From NCBI GenBank assembly GCA_000004985.1, contig GG738863.1: a stretch of 64,000 bases of DNA; one strand, given 5' to 3'. The stretch is from Naegleria gruberi. Its lineage: Eukaryota. Position numbers and translations under genes: made by a program. Position 1 is the first letter of the stretch. The number at the start of each line of letters is the position of its first letter. This document shows, piece after piece, positions 43,590 through 54,337 of this stretch. Under the pieces are notes generated by a model that did not search any database, had not been told where the DNA came from, and saw only the letters and a program-made list of their open reading frames with translations.

Positions 43590-44488
43590 TAAAATTAAAC
43601 TATCAGAAACTATTGCGTAATCAAACATTTGAGAGATCACATGAATAAATAACTCATACTGTTCATCAACTAGACAAGCAAGACTCAGATGAAATTCCAA
43701 GTAGTCCATCTTCATTCCCTGGAACCAAGAACTCATTTTGAACAAGTTTACGTCACCAAATTGATGGGCATCAAAACAATTTACATGTAGATGTGTGGCA
43801 TGTGTTCATGTGGTGGCATGTTGATTGATTCCACACCGTACCTTAATACATGCGATGTGAAATACACATGAGTGAGGGATTTTACATCTATCGTTTGAAC
43901 ACAACATGTTGCTTTTTACTAATGAATGTCTGCAGATGTTGTGTTGTTGATTGTTGAAGTCGACACATGTGTGTTAAGCTACAGTATACAGTAGTGTTGT
44001 AAATTGGTTTTTTTGATTAATGCTTAAACATCCCAAGCTAGCACAACAACTCCAAACTCATCAACAAATGAAAACGTTGCGTCAATGTTGTGTGGTTATT
44101 AAGAATCTACAGTCCACTGAACCAGTGTGAGAGCTGTTGATTTTCAACAATGTTCAAATTTGGATGATGCAAAAGTTACAACTTGTTACCTTTGGTTTGA
44201 AGAGAACACAACAAGTCAAAACATTCAAAATAATACATGGTTCCAAACTATCCAAATAAGAACAATAATGGAAGTTTATCAAAATAGTGCAGAATCTGCA
44301 CCGTAACAAAATTTCAAAACCCAACATATGAGTGTAGGCATATCCTTATTATGCTATGTGGAAATGTGTTCTTGAGATGTGTGTGGTTGTTCAACTAGCA
44401 GGTGAGGAACAGCTTTGCCGCCAAATTTCCAAATTTACAAACAGCCATTTTTGGAAAATTAAATCTTGATCAAAAATTTAAAAAAAAA

Positions 44489-45811
44489 ATGCAACAAACA
44501 AATGGAAGGGAAAATCTACTTAAATTTCTCAAATTGAAAACTCCCATTAAAAAGCCACTACACAAATTGCTCACCCATATTTCTGGTTATTTTCATGATG
44601 AATATATTGATGGTGAATGTTTGAGTGAGGAAGATAATGATGATCCGAATCGATGTAACGATTGTCCAACAATTAAAGACATTGTTCCGATATTTAGATC
44701 ATTGCCATTACCTGTTCAAGTTCATATGTTTACTAATTTTGTTGTTAATTTATTGTGTTTAGATGAAGCATCAGTGACTGGAAGAGAATTTGTCGACAGA
44801 CGTGATTTGAATAATAATAATAATGTTAGACTCGATTATGAAGATATGTTCAGTGGATTGCCAGAAGAGAAAGTTAAGGAAAAGGAGATTTTGAGTTGTT
44901 TTATTGTCTACTTGTTTTTTAAAAGATATGCCATGACGAGGTTAGGTTTGGAATTAGAATTTTTCTTTGATTCGGAAAATGTCATGTCTTGGAATGATAG
45001 AGAAATGTTTTCTGAGGTGTTTAAAGAATTGAATCTTGATTATAAGGAATTGAGAAAAGTTTCCAAAGAAGAGTTGAATTTGAACCAATTAAAAAAGTCG
45101 AAAGATGGAGACATGTGGTATAAATTAGTATTAATGATCCACGAGGAATTCTTTGAGGATTTGTCAGATGAGGCCAAACAATTCAGAGAAAAGATTTCAA
45201 ATATTGTTTTTAATGAAATGGATAGAGCTAAATCTAATTGTGAAGAGTATACTTTATTGCAAAATTGGCATACTGATATTGTTTCTAATTATGCAAAGAT
45301 TTATAGAAAGAATCAACCACATAAGGATTTATTGAAACTTGGAATTGTTTGTCAAACTTCATCTCTTCACAATTCTGCAAGCCAAGATAAACATGTCAAT
45401 TACTTTTGGGATAATATCAAGAATGTGGATAATTTAGGAAATGTTCAAATGGGTTTATTCTCTCCCTCACCAAGAGCATACTTTACATTCTGTTGTTATG
45501 GAGCTAAGATGAAGCAACATAATTATGACTTTGGCGATCCAAAACAGAAATTGAGAGGATTCTTTGCCATGTGTGACTATCATAGAAAACATTCACTCTT
45601 TATCAACAGCTTTTGTGTGGGTCCATACGTTGTCGAGTTCAAAAGATTTCCTATTCTATCTCATTTCAACCACGAAAAGTGTAAGATGTGCAATACAAAG
45701 GGAAAACTCTGTCAGGCCTGTAAATCTGTAAGGTATTGTAGTTTGGCATGCCAGAAATCTGACTGGAACTCTCACAAGCAAAATTGTAAAATATATCAAT
45801 TATTTTTGTAA
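44489..45811 (+). CDS. MYND-type zinc-finger protein (441 aa from first ATG)
   Basis: C-terminal CKMCNTKGKLCQACKSVRYCSLACQKSDWNSHKQNC has the MYND pattern C-x2-C...C-x2-C...C...C...H...C. The ORF-track start is non-ATG; the first ATG at 44489 follows an A-run. Confidence 0.6.
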   Translation: MQQTNGRENLLKFLKLKTPIKKPLHKLLTHISGYFHDEYIDGECLSEEDNDDPNRCNDCPTIKDIVPIFRSLPLPVQVHMFTNFVVNLLCLDEASVTGREFVDRRDLNNNNNVRLDYEDMFSGLPEEKVKEKEILSCFIVYLFFKRYAMTRLGLELEFFFDSENVMSWNDREMFSEVFKELNLDYKELRKVSKEELNLNQLKKSKDGDMWYKLVLMIHEEFFEDLSDEAKQFREKISNIVFNEMDRAKSNCEEYTLLQNWHTDIVSNYAKIYRKNQPHKDLLKLGIVCQTSSLHNSASQDKHVNYFWDNIKNVDNLGNVQMGLFSPSPRAYFTFCCYGAKMKQHNYDFGDPKQKLRGFFAMCDYHRKHSLFINSFCVGPYVVEFKRFPILSHFNHEKCKMCNTKGKLCQACKSVRYCSLACQKSDWNSHKQNCKIYQLFL

Positions 45812-45934
45812 TAATTAAACAACTGTAATGAATCTATTAGAAAACAGCTCTTTCCCCATTTTCATTATCACTCTTCAATCAGATTGGTCAGCTTAAGTAT
45901 GTCAGAAAGCCTTAATAATCACAACTAAATGTAA

Positions 45935-46006
45935 GGGACCATGGTCTAGTGGTATGATTCTCGCTTTGGGTGCGAGAGGCCGTGGGTTCGATTCCCACTG
46001 GTCCCC
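45935..46006 (+). tRNA. trnP(UGG): tRNA-Pro (anticodon TGG)
   Basis: GGGACCA-TG-GTCT-AGTGGTATGATT-CTCGC-TTTGGGT-GCGAG-AGGCC-GTGGG-TTCGATT-CCCAC-TGGTCCC forms a perfect cloverleaf with a 7-bp acceptor stem, U33, anticodon UGG, TTCGATT T-loop and discriminator C. Near-identical to canonical eukaryotic tRNA-Pro. Confidence 0.9.
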
Positions 46007-46049
46007 TTTCTTTAAATTTATCAATTCTTTTTCAAAGTCTATATTTCAT

Positions 46050-47424
46050 TTATTTCCACTCTACTGGGATAGCCTTTGTTTTAAACTCCCTTTCGAACGG
46101 AACCACATTTCCTTCAGCATTCTTTGCATTATTATCATTATAAATTGCAAACACAACCTGTTCGAAATGTCCATCAAATTCCTGAATTACTTGATTGAAG
46201 AGAGCCGCCATGTGTTGAGGAGGATTTTTGTAAGCTCCACATCCCAAAGAGGATAAAACAAGTGTTGTTACATTGTGTTCGATAGCCATTGCAAATATGA
46301 GACGAAGTTTCTTCTTGACATTTTCTACAAGTGAGGAGTGGAATCTGTTTGCATTCTTTGGATCCAAATCAGGATTTGAGTAAGCAGCCACACAAACAAC
46401 ATCTGTTTTGTAGATTTTATCCAAGAATGGATATCCTTTGAGTTCACTTCCTCTAATCACGGTGACATTTGGCACATAAACACCTCCAAATTCATCGAGT
46501 GGGTATTTTCCAGTTCGTTTCTTATCCCATTTCTCAATATCTTCGAGGGAGAAGGCTAGACTTGTTCTACGGAAAAGATTTTCTTCTTGGGCTCCAGCTC
46601 CTATATCAGTCAAAATCAATTTGGTCAACCAAGCAATAAATTGATTAGATTTCAAATTGACTGAAAAACTCACCTGTTTTGTAGCCTCCACCTGGTCTTT
46701 TTGCACTTGCCATATTTAATACAGCAACCTTCCTCACAATATTTTCCTCAATTTTTGCATTCTTTTGCAACAACAATGCAGCTTCCAAACAATCTCCTTC
46801 CATCACCAATACTTGAGTGTTTTTAAATAATTTTGGTGTTTTCAAAGTCTCCAAAATTGATTGGGCAGCACTATGATTTGAATAAAACTTGGTATTCACA
46901 CAACTCTCCATCAAATCATCTCTATTAATTGAAATAATGTTATCCTCCAATAATTCCTCTCCGACTGCTTGTGTACTGATTACTTCTCTATCAGGTTTAA
47001 AATACAAATTTCTAAATGCATGGAATGTTCCTTCTTGAACCACTTGTCTCATCATCTTTAAATTTTCCTTTCCAGATTTCTGATAATTTTCAAACCACTT
47101 CTTCCACTGTTTTCCACTAAATTCATACTTATCCATATACGAATATAAACTAGCCATATTCATGTTTTGATAATACTTGTCCGGAATTGAATATTTCATC
47201 ATTGAATTATCAGATAATTCCTCAGAAGCAGCACCAGCAGCAGTAGAACTATTCACGTTAGTAGAATAAAATTGTTTCGATTGTTTCGAATTTGAATTTT
47301 TAAATCCTCCCGATCGATTATTATTATTCTTTGAATGATTATTATTCAACATTTTCAAAATGGTATGATTTGTGGTGTTGAGATTTTTTTTAAAATTAAA
47401 TTTAGCAAACGATGAACTTTTCAT
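46050..47424 (-). CDS. bacterial-type poly(ADP-ribose) glycohydrolase (DUF2263/TIGR02452 macrodomain); exons 46674-47424 and 46050-46600, 73-nt intron 46601-46673
   Basis: Splicing ...AAAACAG|GTGAGT to gatatag|GAGCTGG yields LNMASAKRPGGGYKTGAGAQEENLFRRTSLAFSLE. This reconstitutes the diagnostic PGGG-x-x-G-A-x-A-QEE-x-L-x-R-x-S-x-L signature of microbial PARG. Downstream are LGCGAYKNP-like elements. N/S-rich N-terminal extension. Confidence 0.75.
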
Positions 47425-47528
47425 TTTTTTTCAAGGGGTTTTGCAACTCGATTTTGAAATTGAAAATTGTGAATAGTTTACAATGAATCAATTTTTGATG
47501 AGTTTTAAAATAGAAATTTGAAAAAAAA

Positions 47529-48914
47529 ATGAGCAAATTCATTGGCACTCTCAGCCATGATGTTTTCTATTATCAAATCCTTCCCTATCTACCCTATTTT
47601 TACTTGTCCATATTTCGGAGGGTGAGCAAAAGTTTTCGTAAATTTGTCGAAGGCTATCAAAAGTATTTGTTATTTAAGAGGTTTTTAACTCCCTCGGATA
47701 AGAAGAAACAAAAGACTTATTCGTATTGGAAAATGATGGAAACATCATCAACGCATCCAATTTGCAAAATGAATGATTTGAAATTGGTTGAGAAGATTGA
47801 TTTTGATAGATTTAATCTGATTAGGACACAGAATAATTATTCCCTGATGGCGAACATGATGAAGAGATTGTATTATTATAAGGAATTGAAATGGTTCTTG
47901 TACTATTTGGATAATTATGAAAATACGAAAGTGGAATGGACAGATAGATTGTTTATTAATGGATGTGATTTTGATCAATTGATAAATCATGGAGAAGATA
48001 ATATTTATGAAATGAATGATTATGAAATGGTGGAAGGAGATTATAATATTAGTTTATCATTGGTTGGTGTTACCATTGATGATGAAAATTATTTTAAATA
48101 TTTGCAGAATGAATTTGGAAATATTAGAATTAGTAATTTTGAATTGGTATTTGCACATACTGAGGAGTTTTCCTTTTGGATTAGGGAAGCAATTTACTAT
48201 ACTGATTGCTCTGAAATTAGCAATAAGATTTCATCATTCAAGACATCAAAAGTGGAAGCTTTAGGATATGTGAAAAGGTGTGCTCGTGCCTGTGGAGTGG
48301 TTCCATCACTTGTGCCAAGAGGAGATTTATTTTTCAAATTAATTTACAGGAATAATTCACTTGATTGGAAATTATGCAAGTGGATGTATAGGAATTCTGT
48401 CATTCCAATATTTGAAGTACTGAACTTTATGTATCGTTCTGATATCATGTGCTATTGTTTCGATCAGATTATTTCATTGGCAAAGTTTTACTATTTGGAA
48501 GAAAAGACATTTAATACTTTTCAATCTCAATATGCGACATTTAGAAAGCAACCCAAAGTGGTGGAATGTGTAGATCGGCTCATTGAACTCTTCTCCATTG
48601 TTGTAGAAAAGGGAAAGGAAGAAGAATTGTTCAATTCAACACAACCACCTAATGTTCTTAAAATGGCTCAACTCCTCGATAAGAAAACAATCACTCGATA
48701 TAACTACCTTAGATCCTCCTCATTAATTAATGAAGATGCTAGTATGAACTTTTCCTTTTATAGTTGGGAAAATGATTTCATCTATGCTTATTTTCAAAGA
48801 AAACCAAAGAATATTGTTTCACTTCAATTACCAACTACTTTACAAAATAACTCCAAGCAACAACTAGTGGATATTAATACCTTTGATTTGGAAGAACTTG
48901 ATTCTTACAAATAG
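47529..48914 (+). CDS. F-box protein (461 aa)
   Basis: N-terminal LSHDVFYYQILPYLPYFYLSIFRRVSKSFRKFV is F-box-like. No other domain recognised. Confidence 0.5.
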   Translation: MSKFIGTLSHDVFYYQILPYLPYFYLSIFRRVSKSFRKFVEGYQKYLLFKRFLTPSDKKKQKTYSYWKMMETSSTHPICKMNDLKLVEKIDFDRFNLIRTQNNYSLMANMMKRLYYYKELKWFLYYLDNYENTKVEWTDRLFINGCDFDQLINHGEDNIYEMNDYEMVEGDYNISLSLVGVTIDDENYFKYLQNEFGNIRISNFELVFAHTEEFSFWIREAIYYTDCSEISNKISSFKTSKVEALGYVKRCARACGVVPSLVPRGDLFFKLIYRNNSLDWKLCKWMYRNSVIPIFEVLNFMYRSDIMCYCFDQIISLAKFYYLEEKTFNTFQSQYATFRKQPKVVECVDRLIELFSIVVEKGKEEELFNSTQPPNVLKMAQLLDKKTITRYNYLRSSSLINEDASMNFSFYSWENDFIYAYFQRKPKNIVSLQLPTTLQNNSKQQLVDINTFDLEELDSYK

Positions 48915-49344
48915 ATTCTCAAAGTTTAATTATATCAATCAATCAACTTGAAAAACTAGCTGCAAATACATCATTTAAATTATTCGAATCTTCTTTTATT
49001 GATGGTGCCTTAATATCATTCCACTTTTTTAAAGTGAGCAAGCATCAATAATTCATTCCTATATTCATTTATTTAAGAAGAAGTTCCACTCAGTCTTTCC
49101 TCTTCAAACATCCTTTTGATGGTAGCTGCTGAATGTTCTTCTCTCCATTCGACTTCCATCTTCCACTCGAACCGTAAAATCAAAATCTTTTGGTTATTTG
49201 TAAATCAATTTAAAAACTTCAATTATAAAAAAAATTGAAAAAACATCAAACTCTTAATTGTTCATTCATCATAGTCAACGAATTTATTAAATATATTACT
49301 AATATTAATATACTAAATATTAATAGTTAAATAGAAAAATTACA

Positions 49345-49986
49345 ATGTGGGTTGAATATCATAAAAGTGTAGGCGATAATTGTCTTGTTTGTGGACAGGA
49401 AATTGATCAGGATGAATTATGTATTGGATTACAAGCCTTGCCCCGAGGTTTGATAGAACAAGTTTTTCCTTTTCATCCCGATAAGACAAATTCGAGAATT
49501 ATTAATTTGGGATCAATTCGTTTGGGAAAACACGTCGATTGGAATAGTTTAGACCCTATCAAGAATGATGATTTGGAGAACTCAGAGTTACCTCCAATAG
49601 GGAAGAATTACATTCATCTGCTGAAGAATTGTTTTTCACCTGCCATTCATAGACCTTTTCAATGTATGTTTGAGTATAAGAGTATTGAGAGTGAGGATGT
49701 GGCGATGGTGGAGAGAATGATTGTGGATTGGCAGAAATTGAGAAAGATATTGTCAAGTCCACAAAAGAAGAGAAAGGCAGTTAAGGAGGAGGATGAGGAT
49801 GAAGAAGATTCTCCATCTCCAAAGAGAGTTACAAGAAGCAGAAGTAGAAAGAAGGTAGTTGTAAAGGAAAGCAGTAGTGAAGAAGAAGAGAGCGAAAGTG
49901 ATAGTGAAGAGGAAAAAAAACCAAGAAGGTCTCGCCGGTTGAGTCGTCTTAGTGTGAAAAAGGAAAGTGTAAAGAAAGGAAATTGA
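49345..49986 (+). CDS. hypothetical protein with Cys pair and acidic/basic tail; probably the 5' half of the F-box gene that follows
   Basis: ATG ORF MWVEYHKSVGDNCLVCGQEIDQDELC... ends in a KK/EE/S-rich linker. The downstream F-box frame is open back to 49973, overlapping this ORF's last 14 nt, and has no ATG of its own. Confidence 0.45.
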   Translation: MWVEYHKSVGDNCLVCGQEIDQDELCIGLQALPRGLIEQVFPFHPDKTNSRIINLGSIRLGKHVDWNSLDPIKNDDLENSELPPIGKNYIHLLKNCFSPAIHRPFQCMFEYKSIESEDVAMVERMIVDWQKLRKILSSPQKKRKAVKEEDEDEEDSPSPKRVTRSRSRKKVVVKESSSEEEESESDSEEEKKPRRSRRLSRLSVKKESVKKGN

Positions 49987-50065
49987 GTCAAGCTCGATTG
50001 CAGAGGTCAAGAAGGAAGATGATGTACAAGATTTACTGGTAAAGGTTGAGGAAGATGACGGACCA

Positions 50066-50866
50066 GTGGATGAGAAACCATTATTCGAAACCTCATGCTA
50101 TTTACTTGGACTTTCAGATGAGATTTGGTGTGAAATTTTGGAATATTTAAATTTTGATGAATATTTCAATATTGCTCAAGTTTCCAAAGGAATGCACTTT
50201 TATTCGAATCTCAAAGTAGTTTGGAAGAATTTTATTTGTAGATATATTTGTCCAAATGCTCAGCAAGTGCAAACTACTCACTTTCCACAATTGGAGGACA
50301 ATTATAAGGAACTTTTCATGAAATTATACAATAATTGTTGTATTGTGTGTGGAGAATATTTGAGAGGAGATATTAAACTGGATAATCCAGTCTCTTTAGC
50401 TCAATCCAAGGGAGAAATAAGATTGGCTGCTCATCCTGCTTATTATAATTTTCTGGTAGATAATTGTGTTTGCACTTCCTGTCAATCCAATTCACTTGTG
50501 GAGACAATAAGTAAGACTGAATTGAAAAGATTCTACAATGTGAGCGATACTGAATTGTCTGATATGAGATGTATGAAATCACCTAATCCATTCCACAGAT
50601 CAACCCCAATGTTCAAATATTTAATTAGTCAAGCAAAAGTAGTCCACCAAAAGAAGCAAGAGAAAGCTCTATTACTTCTTCATAGCAAATTTAAGAAATT
50701 GAAAATTTCTAAGGGAGCCTATTTTGCTTTGATACAGAGAGGTAAACGAGGTCATTTTGGAAATGATTGTTTGGTTTACTTGGCCTTAACTGGAGACAAA
50801 TCCAATTACAAACAAAAGAAATTGGAGGAATATATTAGAAATTTGATTTTGACTAATCAAGATTAA
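50066..50866 (+). CDS. F-box protein C-terminal portion (frame +1 relative to 49345-49986)
   Basis: LLGLSDEIWCEILEYLNFDEYFNIAQVSKGMHFY is an F-box. The frame is open from 49973 (RKEIESSSIAEVKKEDD...) with no ATG upstream of the F-box. Confidence 0.5.
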   Translation: MDEKPLFETSCYLLGLSDEIWCEILEYLNFDEYFNIAQVSKGMHFYSNLKVVWKNFICRYICPNAQQVQTTHFPQLEDNYKELFMKLYNNCCIVCGEYLRGDIKLDNPVSLAQSKGEIRLAAHPAYYNFLVDNCVCTSCQSNSLVETISKTELKRFYNVSDTELSDMRCMKSPNPFHRSTPMFKYLISQAKVVHQKKQEKALLLLHSKFKKLKISKGAYFALIQRGKRGHFGNDCLVYLALTGDKSNYKQKKLEEYIRNLILTNQD

Positions 50867-50887
50867 ATTTGCAGTACACAAATTGTT

Positions 50888-52349
50888 TTATTTTGGCAAG
50901 TTGCTTCTCAAAACTCTCAACACATTTCCACCCATAATCTTGTTAATCTCTTCTTGATTAAAACCTTCTGAAATAAGGGCATCTGTCAGATAAACCAAAT
51001 GGTCAGCAGCTCCAAATGCATTGATAGCTCTATTTTGATTAAGCCAAATACTTAAATATTAATACTTACCCATCCCAATCAGATCCTAAAGCAATATGAT
51101 CCACACCAACCATATTAGCAATATGTTTCATTGTCTTGGCAACTGATTTAAAGCCAAAACCACAAGTAGTAAATTCAAAGAAAGCAATACCCATAACACC
51201 ATTTCTCTTGGCAATTCTTCTTGCCACTTCTTCTGAAATATTTCTTGTATGGTTACAATCACTTTTAACTCCTGTATGTGAGACGATAACTGTTGTATTC
51301 CAAGGTTCAGTCAAATCCAGAACATCCTTCATGTGACTTTCAGAAGCATGAGCCATGTCAATAATCATATTCAAATCAACAACCTTCTTGATTACTTGTT
51401 TACCAAATTCTGAGAGACCATACTTTTCTGATCCATGCAATGATCCACCAACTTGATTATCTGTGAAATGGTTCAATCCAAACATTCTAACTCCCCAATC
51501 ATATAACTTTTGAACATTGTCTAAATTATATTCTAAAACTTGAGCTCCTTCAACGGACAATAATCCAGAGACTAGATTCTTATTGGTCTTTCTTCTCTCC
51601 AAGAAATTTTCAAGATTTCTTTGATTCTTAATAAAGGTAACAAGTCCATTTCCTTCATCTTCATAGGATTGGAGTAATCTACTCATAGCTCTAGCTCTAT
51701 AGAGAGGAGAAAACCAAGCATCCCTTTCATAGAGTTGAGCAAACATCAAGAATGGGAATATGTCAGTATAATTGACATTGTTTTGCATGTTCAATGTGTG
51801 TGGAATTGAATTTACTACAGCAAATGTTTGAAGAGCCATGTTGGACTTTTGCATCTTGGAAAGTGTCACATGTCCCCTAAAATATTATCATCATTCATTC
51901 AGCAACAATCGAATAGTATGTACATCACAACAATACCAGAATTAATTTTCATCAACAATTAAACTGATATAACACAACACCTACATTTCAGATTTCAAGA
52001 AACTACCTCTATGTTTCCACATTAATGTATCCGCATGCAAATCAGCAATAAATGGAATATTCTCATGTACTTGTTGTGCATTCTTATTTTCCAAAACTAA
52101 TAAATCCAAATACTTTTTATCAACTCTATTTGAAATCTTGTCAAATCCATACGGAAAGACAACAAATAGAAAAACCATCGACAAGACACTTCTCAATACA
52201 AAAGATCTGATCAGGGAGGAAACGGATTTCTTACCAATTTTAAATAAAAGGGACATCGGAAAGATTACCACACCAAAGATTACAAGGAACATCATTGATG
52301 TTATCAGTGTTCCTGCCAAACTTTCAAAAAACATTCGATCAGCAGACAT
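50888..52349 (-). CDS. membrane dipeptidase (peptidase M19, renal-dipeptidase-like) with N-terminal TM anchor; exons 51985-52349, 51070-51876, 50888-51029; introns 108 nt (51877-51984) and 40 nt (51030-51069)
   Basis: Exon 1 gives a TM segment and IPFIADLHADTLMW (cf. the DGHNDLPW region) and ends AAAT|GTAGGT. Exon 2 (acceptor ttttag) contains GVRMFGLNHFTDNQ, IIDMAHASE and ends GSDWDG-G|GTAAGT (cf. GGDFDG). Exon 3 (acceptor aaaatag) adds 47 aa aligning with the dipeptidase C-terminus. Phases are consistent (365+807+142 nt = 438 codons). Confidence 0.75.
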
Positions 52350-52576
52350 TGTGTTTGTTATTTTTTTTTAAATTTTTCCTGTTTTTACCGCCAAAATTTA
52401 TTATTAGATTTTAATACTACTTTACAAAATATTAATAAAATTTGGCTTATTCCCCAAGATGGACTAACAGACAATGTATGAATCCTAGAGGTCAATATCC
52501 TTAGCTGAAGGTCCACTGGTGGTGTATTAGGTTAGTATACTATGAATGCTATCGAGATTCATTTATAATGATATTC

Positions 52577-54337
52577 CTAAATACTGAAAATATGATTGCT
52601 TGCTCTACACTTTTCAATACATGATTGATAGCGAGATTCATCCTTATTTGATTCCTTCTTGTTTGTAATATCAACATTGTTCAATTCATTGGACATTTCA
52701 TCTGTGATACAAGCAGAGAGACAGGTCATTTGCAAGTCAAACTTCCACTTGACGATTGAGTTCAGCTCTCTAACCAGCCTTGGAAATAATCTGTGTATCA
52801 TACGATATCTAGCTGCGAATGAATTCACCAACTTGATGTGCTGTAAAACTTTTTCAAAATACTTTTTTTCTTCCTCATCTTCAAATATGGATCTTATATT
52901 TCTTCCTTGTCCTATTTTTTCAATTATTCGAATTCTAATAGAATTAAATTGGTTAATTCTGTGACGGACAAAAACTGCCAAATTATGAAATGAATAAAGA
53001 GGAAGTATCAATGAAAAATTAAAGAGTAACAATTCAACCTTTTCGACCAATTCATTCAAACCATCTGCATTAAAATTTAAGAGCTTCAAAGTGGAATAAA
53101 GTCCGTAATTGTGCATCAGCTCAATAGTGGCATGCTTGATTTGTTTTTGAGGATCGGAGAGCTTCTTATTTGCAATCTTGTTATAGAGGAAATCTCTCAC
53201 TGAATATATTAGAGATAATGTAGAAGCTGCATTTTCTAAAGTAATACCATTATTAATAGATTCTGAATCATACTTGTTATCATTGACGTAATGATCATAA
53301 AATTTGGTAAATGATTTCCCAACAAACTTTGAATTTTCTAAATCATCATCCCCAATTGATATATGAGCCTCTCCTTTTGAAGCAATCATTTTGAATTTAA
53401 GTTTGTTTACATCATCCAAATATGGATCGTTTTCAAGGTCCTTGATATAGTTCAAATAATTCCAAGCCATTTCAGTTTGGCCATCGCCAATAGTAAACAT
53501 GGTAAGGAGAACCTTGGAAACCTTTGTACAAAAGTCAACTGGATGAGCCAATGAAGAGTAGTGCACTGACTCTCTAAAGGAATTAAGAGAACGCTCAGTT
53601 TGACTCATCGACTGTTCACACAAACTCTGCACAGCAGAAAGCAGTGTTCTTACAGAGTATTCTTTCTCATATAAATCAACATTCGCCACAATTTCCTCCA
53701 TCTGTTCTCTACTCAAAAAGTCAAAGTTAACATCCACAAAGTCAAAAAAGTAATTAACAATAGCATGATGAATGTTTCCTTTCACCAAGTTTCTCTCCCT
53801 TGTCAAGTATGTTTGTTGTTGTTTTGAGAGATAGGGATGGAATCCGTTAGTTGTTGCTCTCTTTGCTTCCTTGTTTGTTGTTGCTGATGGAGCAATTATT
53901 GCCAATTTCTTCTTCTTTGAATTGTTGTTGTTAGACATATTTACAGTTGTTATTATTGTAGAGGTATTTGTTGGTGATGTTGAAGAAGATGGAGACGATG
54001 ATGAAGAAGAGGAGTTATTACAGTCATTCTTCTTATTTCCTTTAACTCTTCCTCTCTTCTTTGGAGGTATGTATTGACAAGGTCGTTTTCTCATGATACA
54101 TTCAGAACACGATGGTTTGATACGATCACAAGCAAGGTGAGACTTTCTACAGCCTGAGCAAGCAATTTTAGCAAACTGACTCTCCAATTCATCCTTGCCA
54201 CTACTACTATTATCACTATTACTACTACTATTAATCACTTCAACAACAACACCTTGTTCTTCTTCTATTGGTTGGTTACCATTGTCCTCTCCGATATTTT
54301 CCAATTCTGCAATAAATTCATCAAAGATTTGATCCAT
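52577..54337 (-). CDS. Zn(2)-Cys(6) binuclear-cluster (GAL4-like) transcription factor
   Basis: C-SG-C-RKSHLA-C-DRIKPS-C-SE-C-IMRKRP-C has the exact C-x2-C-x6-C-x6-C-x2-C-x6-C spacing, followed by basic residues and S/N-rich tracts. First ATG at 54337 (MDQIFDEF...). Confidence 0.7.
   Translation of the reverse strand: MDQIFDEFIAELENIGEDNGNQPIEEEQGVVVEVINSSSNSDNSSSGKDELESQFAKIACSGCRKSHLACDRIKPSCSECIMRKRPCQYIPPKKRGRVKGNKKNDCNNSSSSSSSPSSSTSPTNTSTIITTVNMSNNNNSKKKKLAIIAPSATTNKEAKRATTNGFHPYLSKQQQTYLTRERNLVKGNIHHAIVNYFFDFVDVNFDFLSREQMEEIVANVDLYEKEYSVRTLLSAVQSLCEQSMSQTERSLNSFRESVHYSSLAHPVDFCTKVSKVLLTMFTIGDGQTEMAWNYLNYIKDLENDPYLDDVNKLKFKMIASKGEAHISIGDDDLENSKFVGKSFTKFYDHYVNDNKYDSESINNGITLENAASTLSLIYSVRDFLYNKIANKKLSDPQKQIKHATIELMHNYGLYSTLKLLNFNADGLNELVEKVELLLFNFSLILPLYSFHNLAVFVRHRINQFNSIRIRIIEKIGQGRNIRSIFEDEEEKKYFEKVLQHIKLVNSFAARYRMIHRLFPRLVRELNSIVKWKFDLQMTCLSACITDEMSNELNNVDITNKKESNKDESRYQSCIEKCRASNHIFSI

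Noticed and set aside
45954-46256. 100-aa plus-strand ORF MILALGARGRGFDSHWSPFF…
   Set aside because: It is a spurious read-through of the tRNA-Pro gene and the 3' end of the antisense PARG gene.
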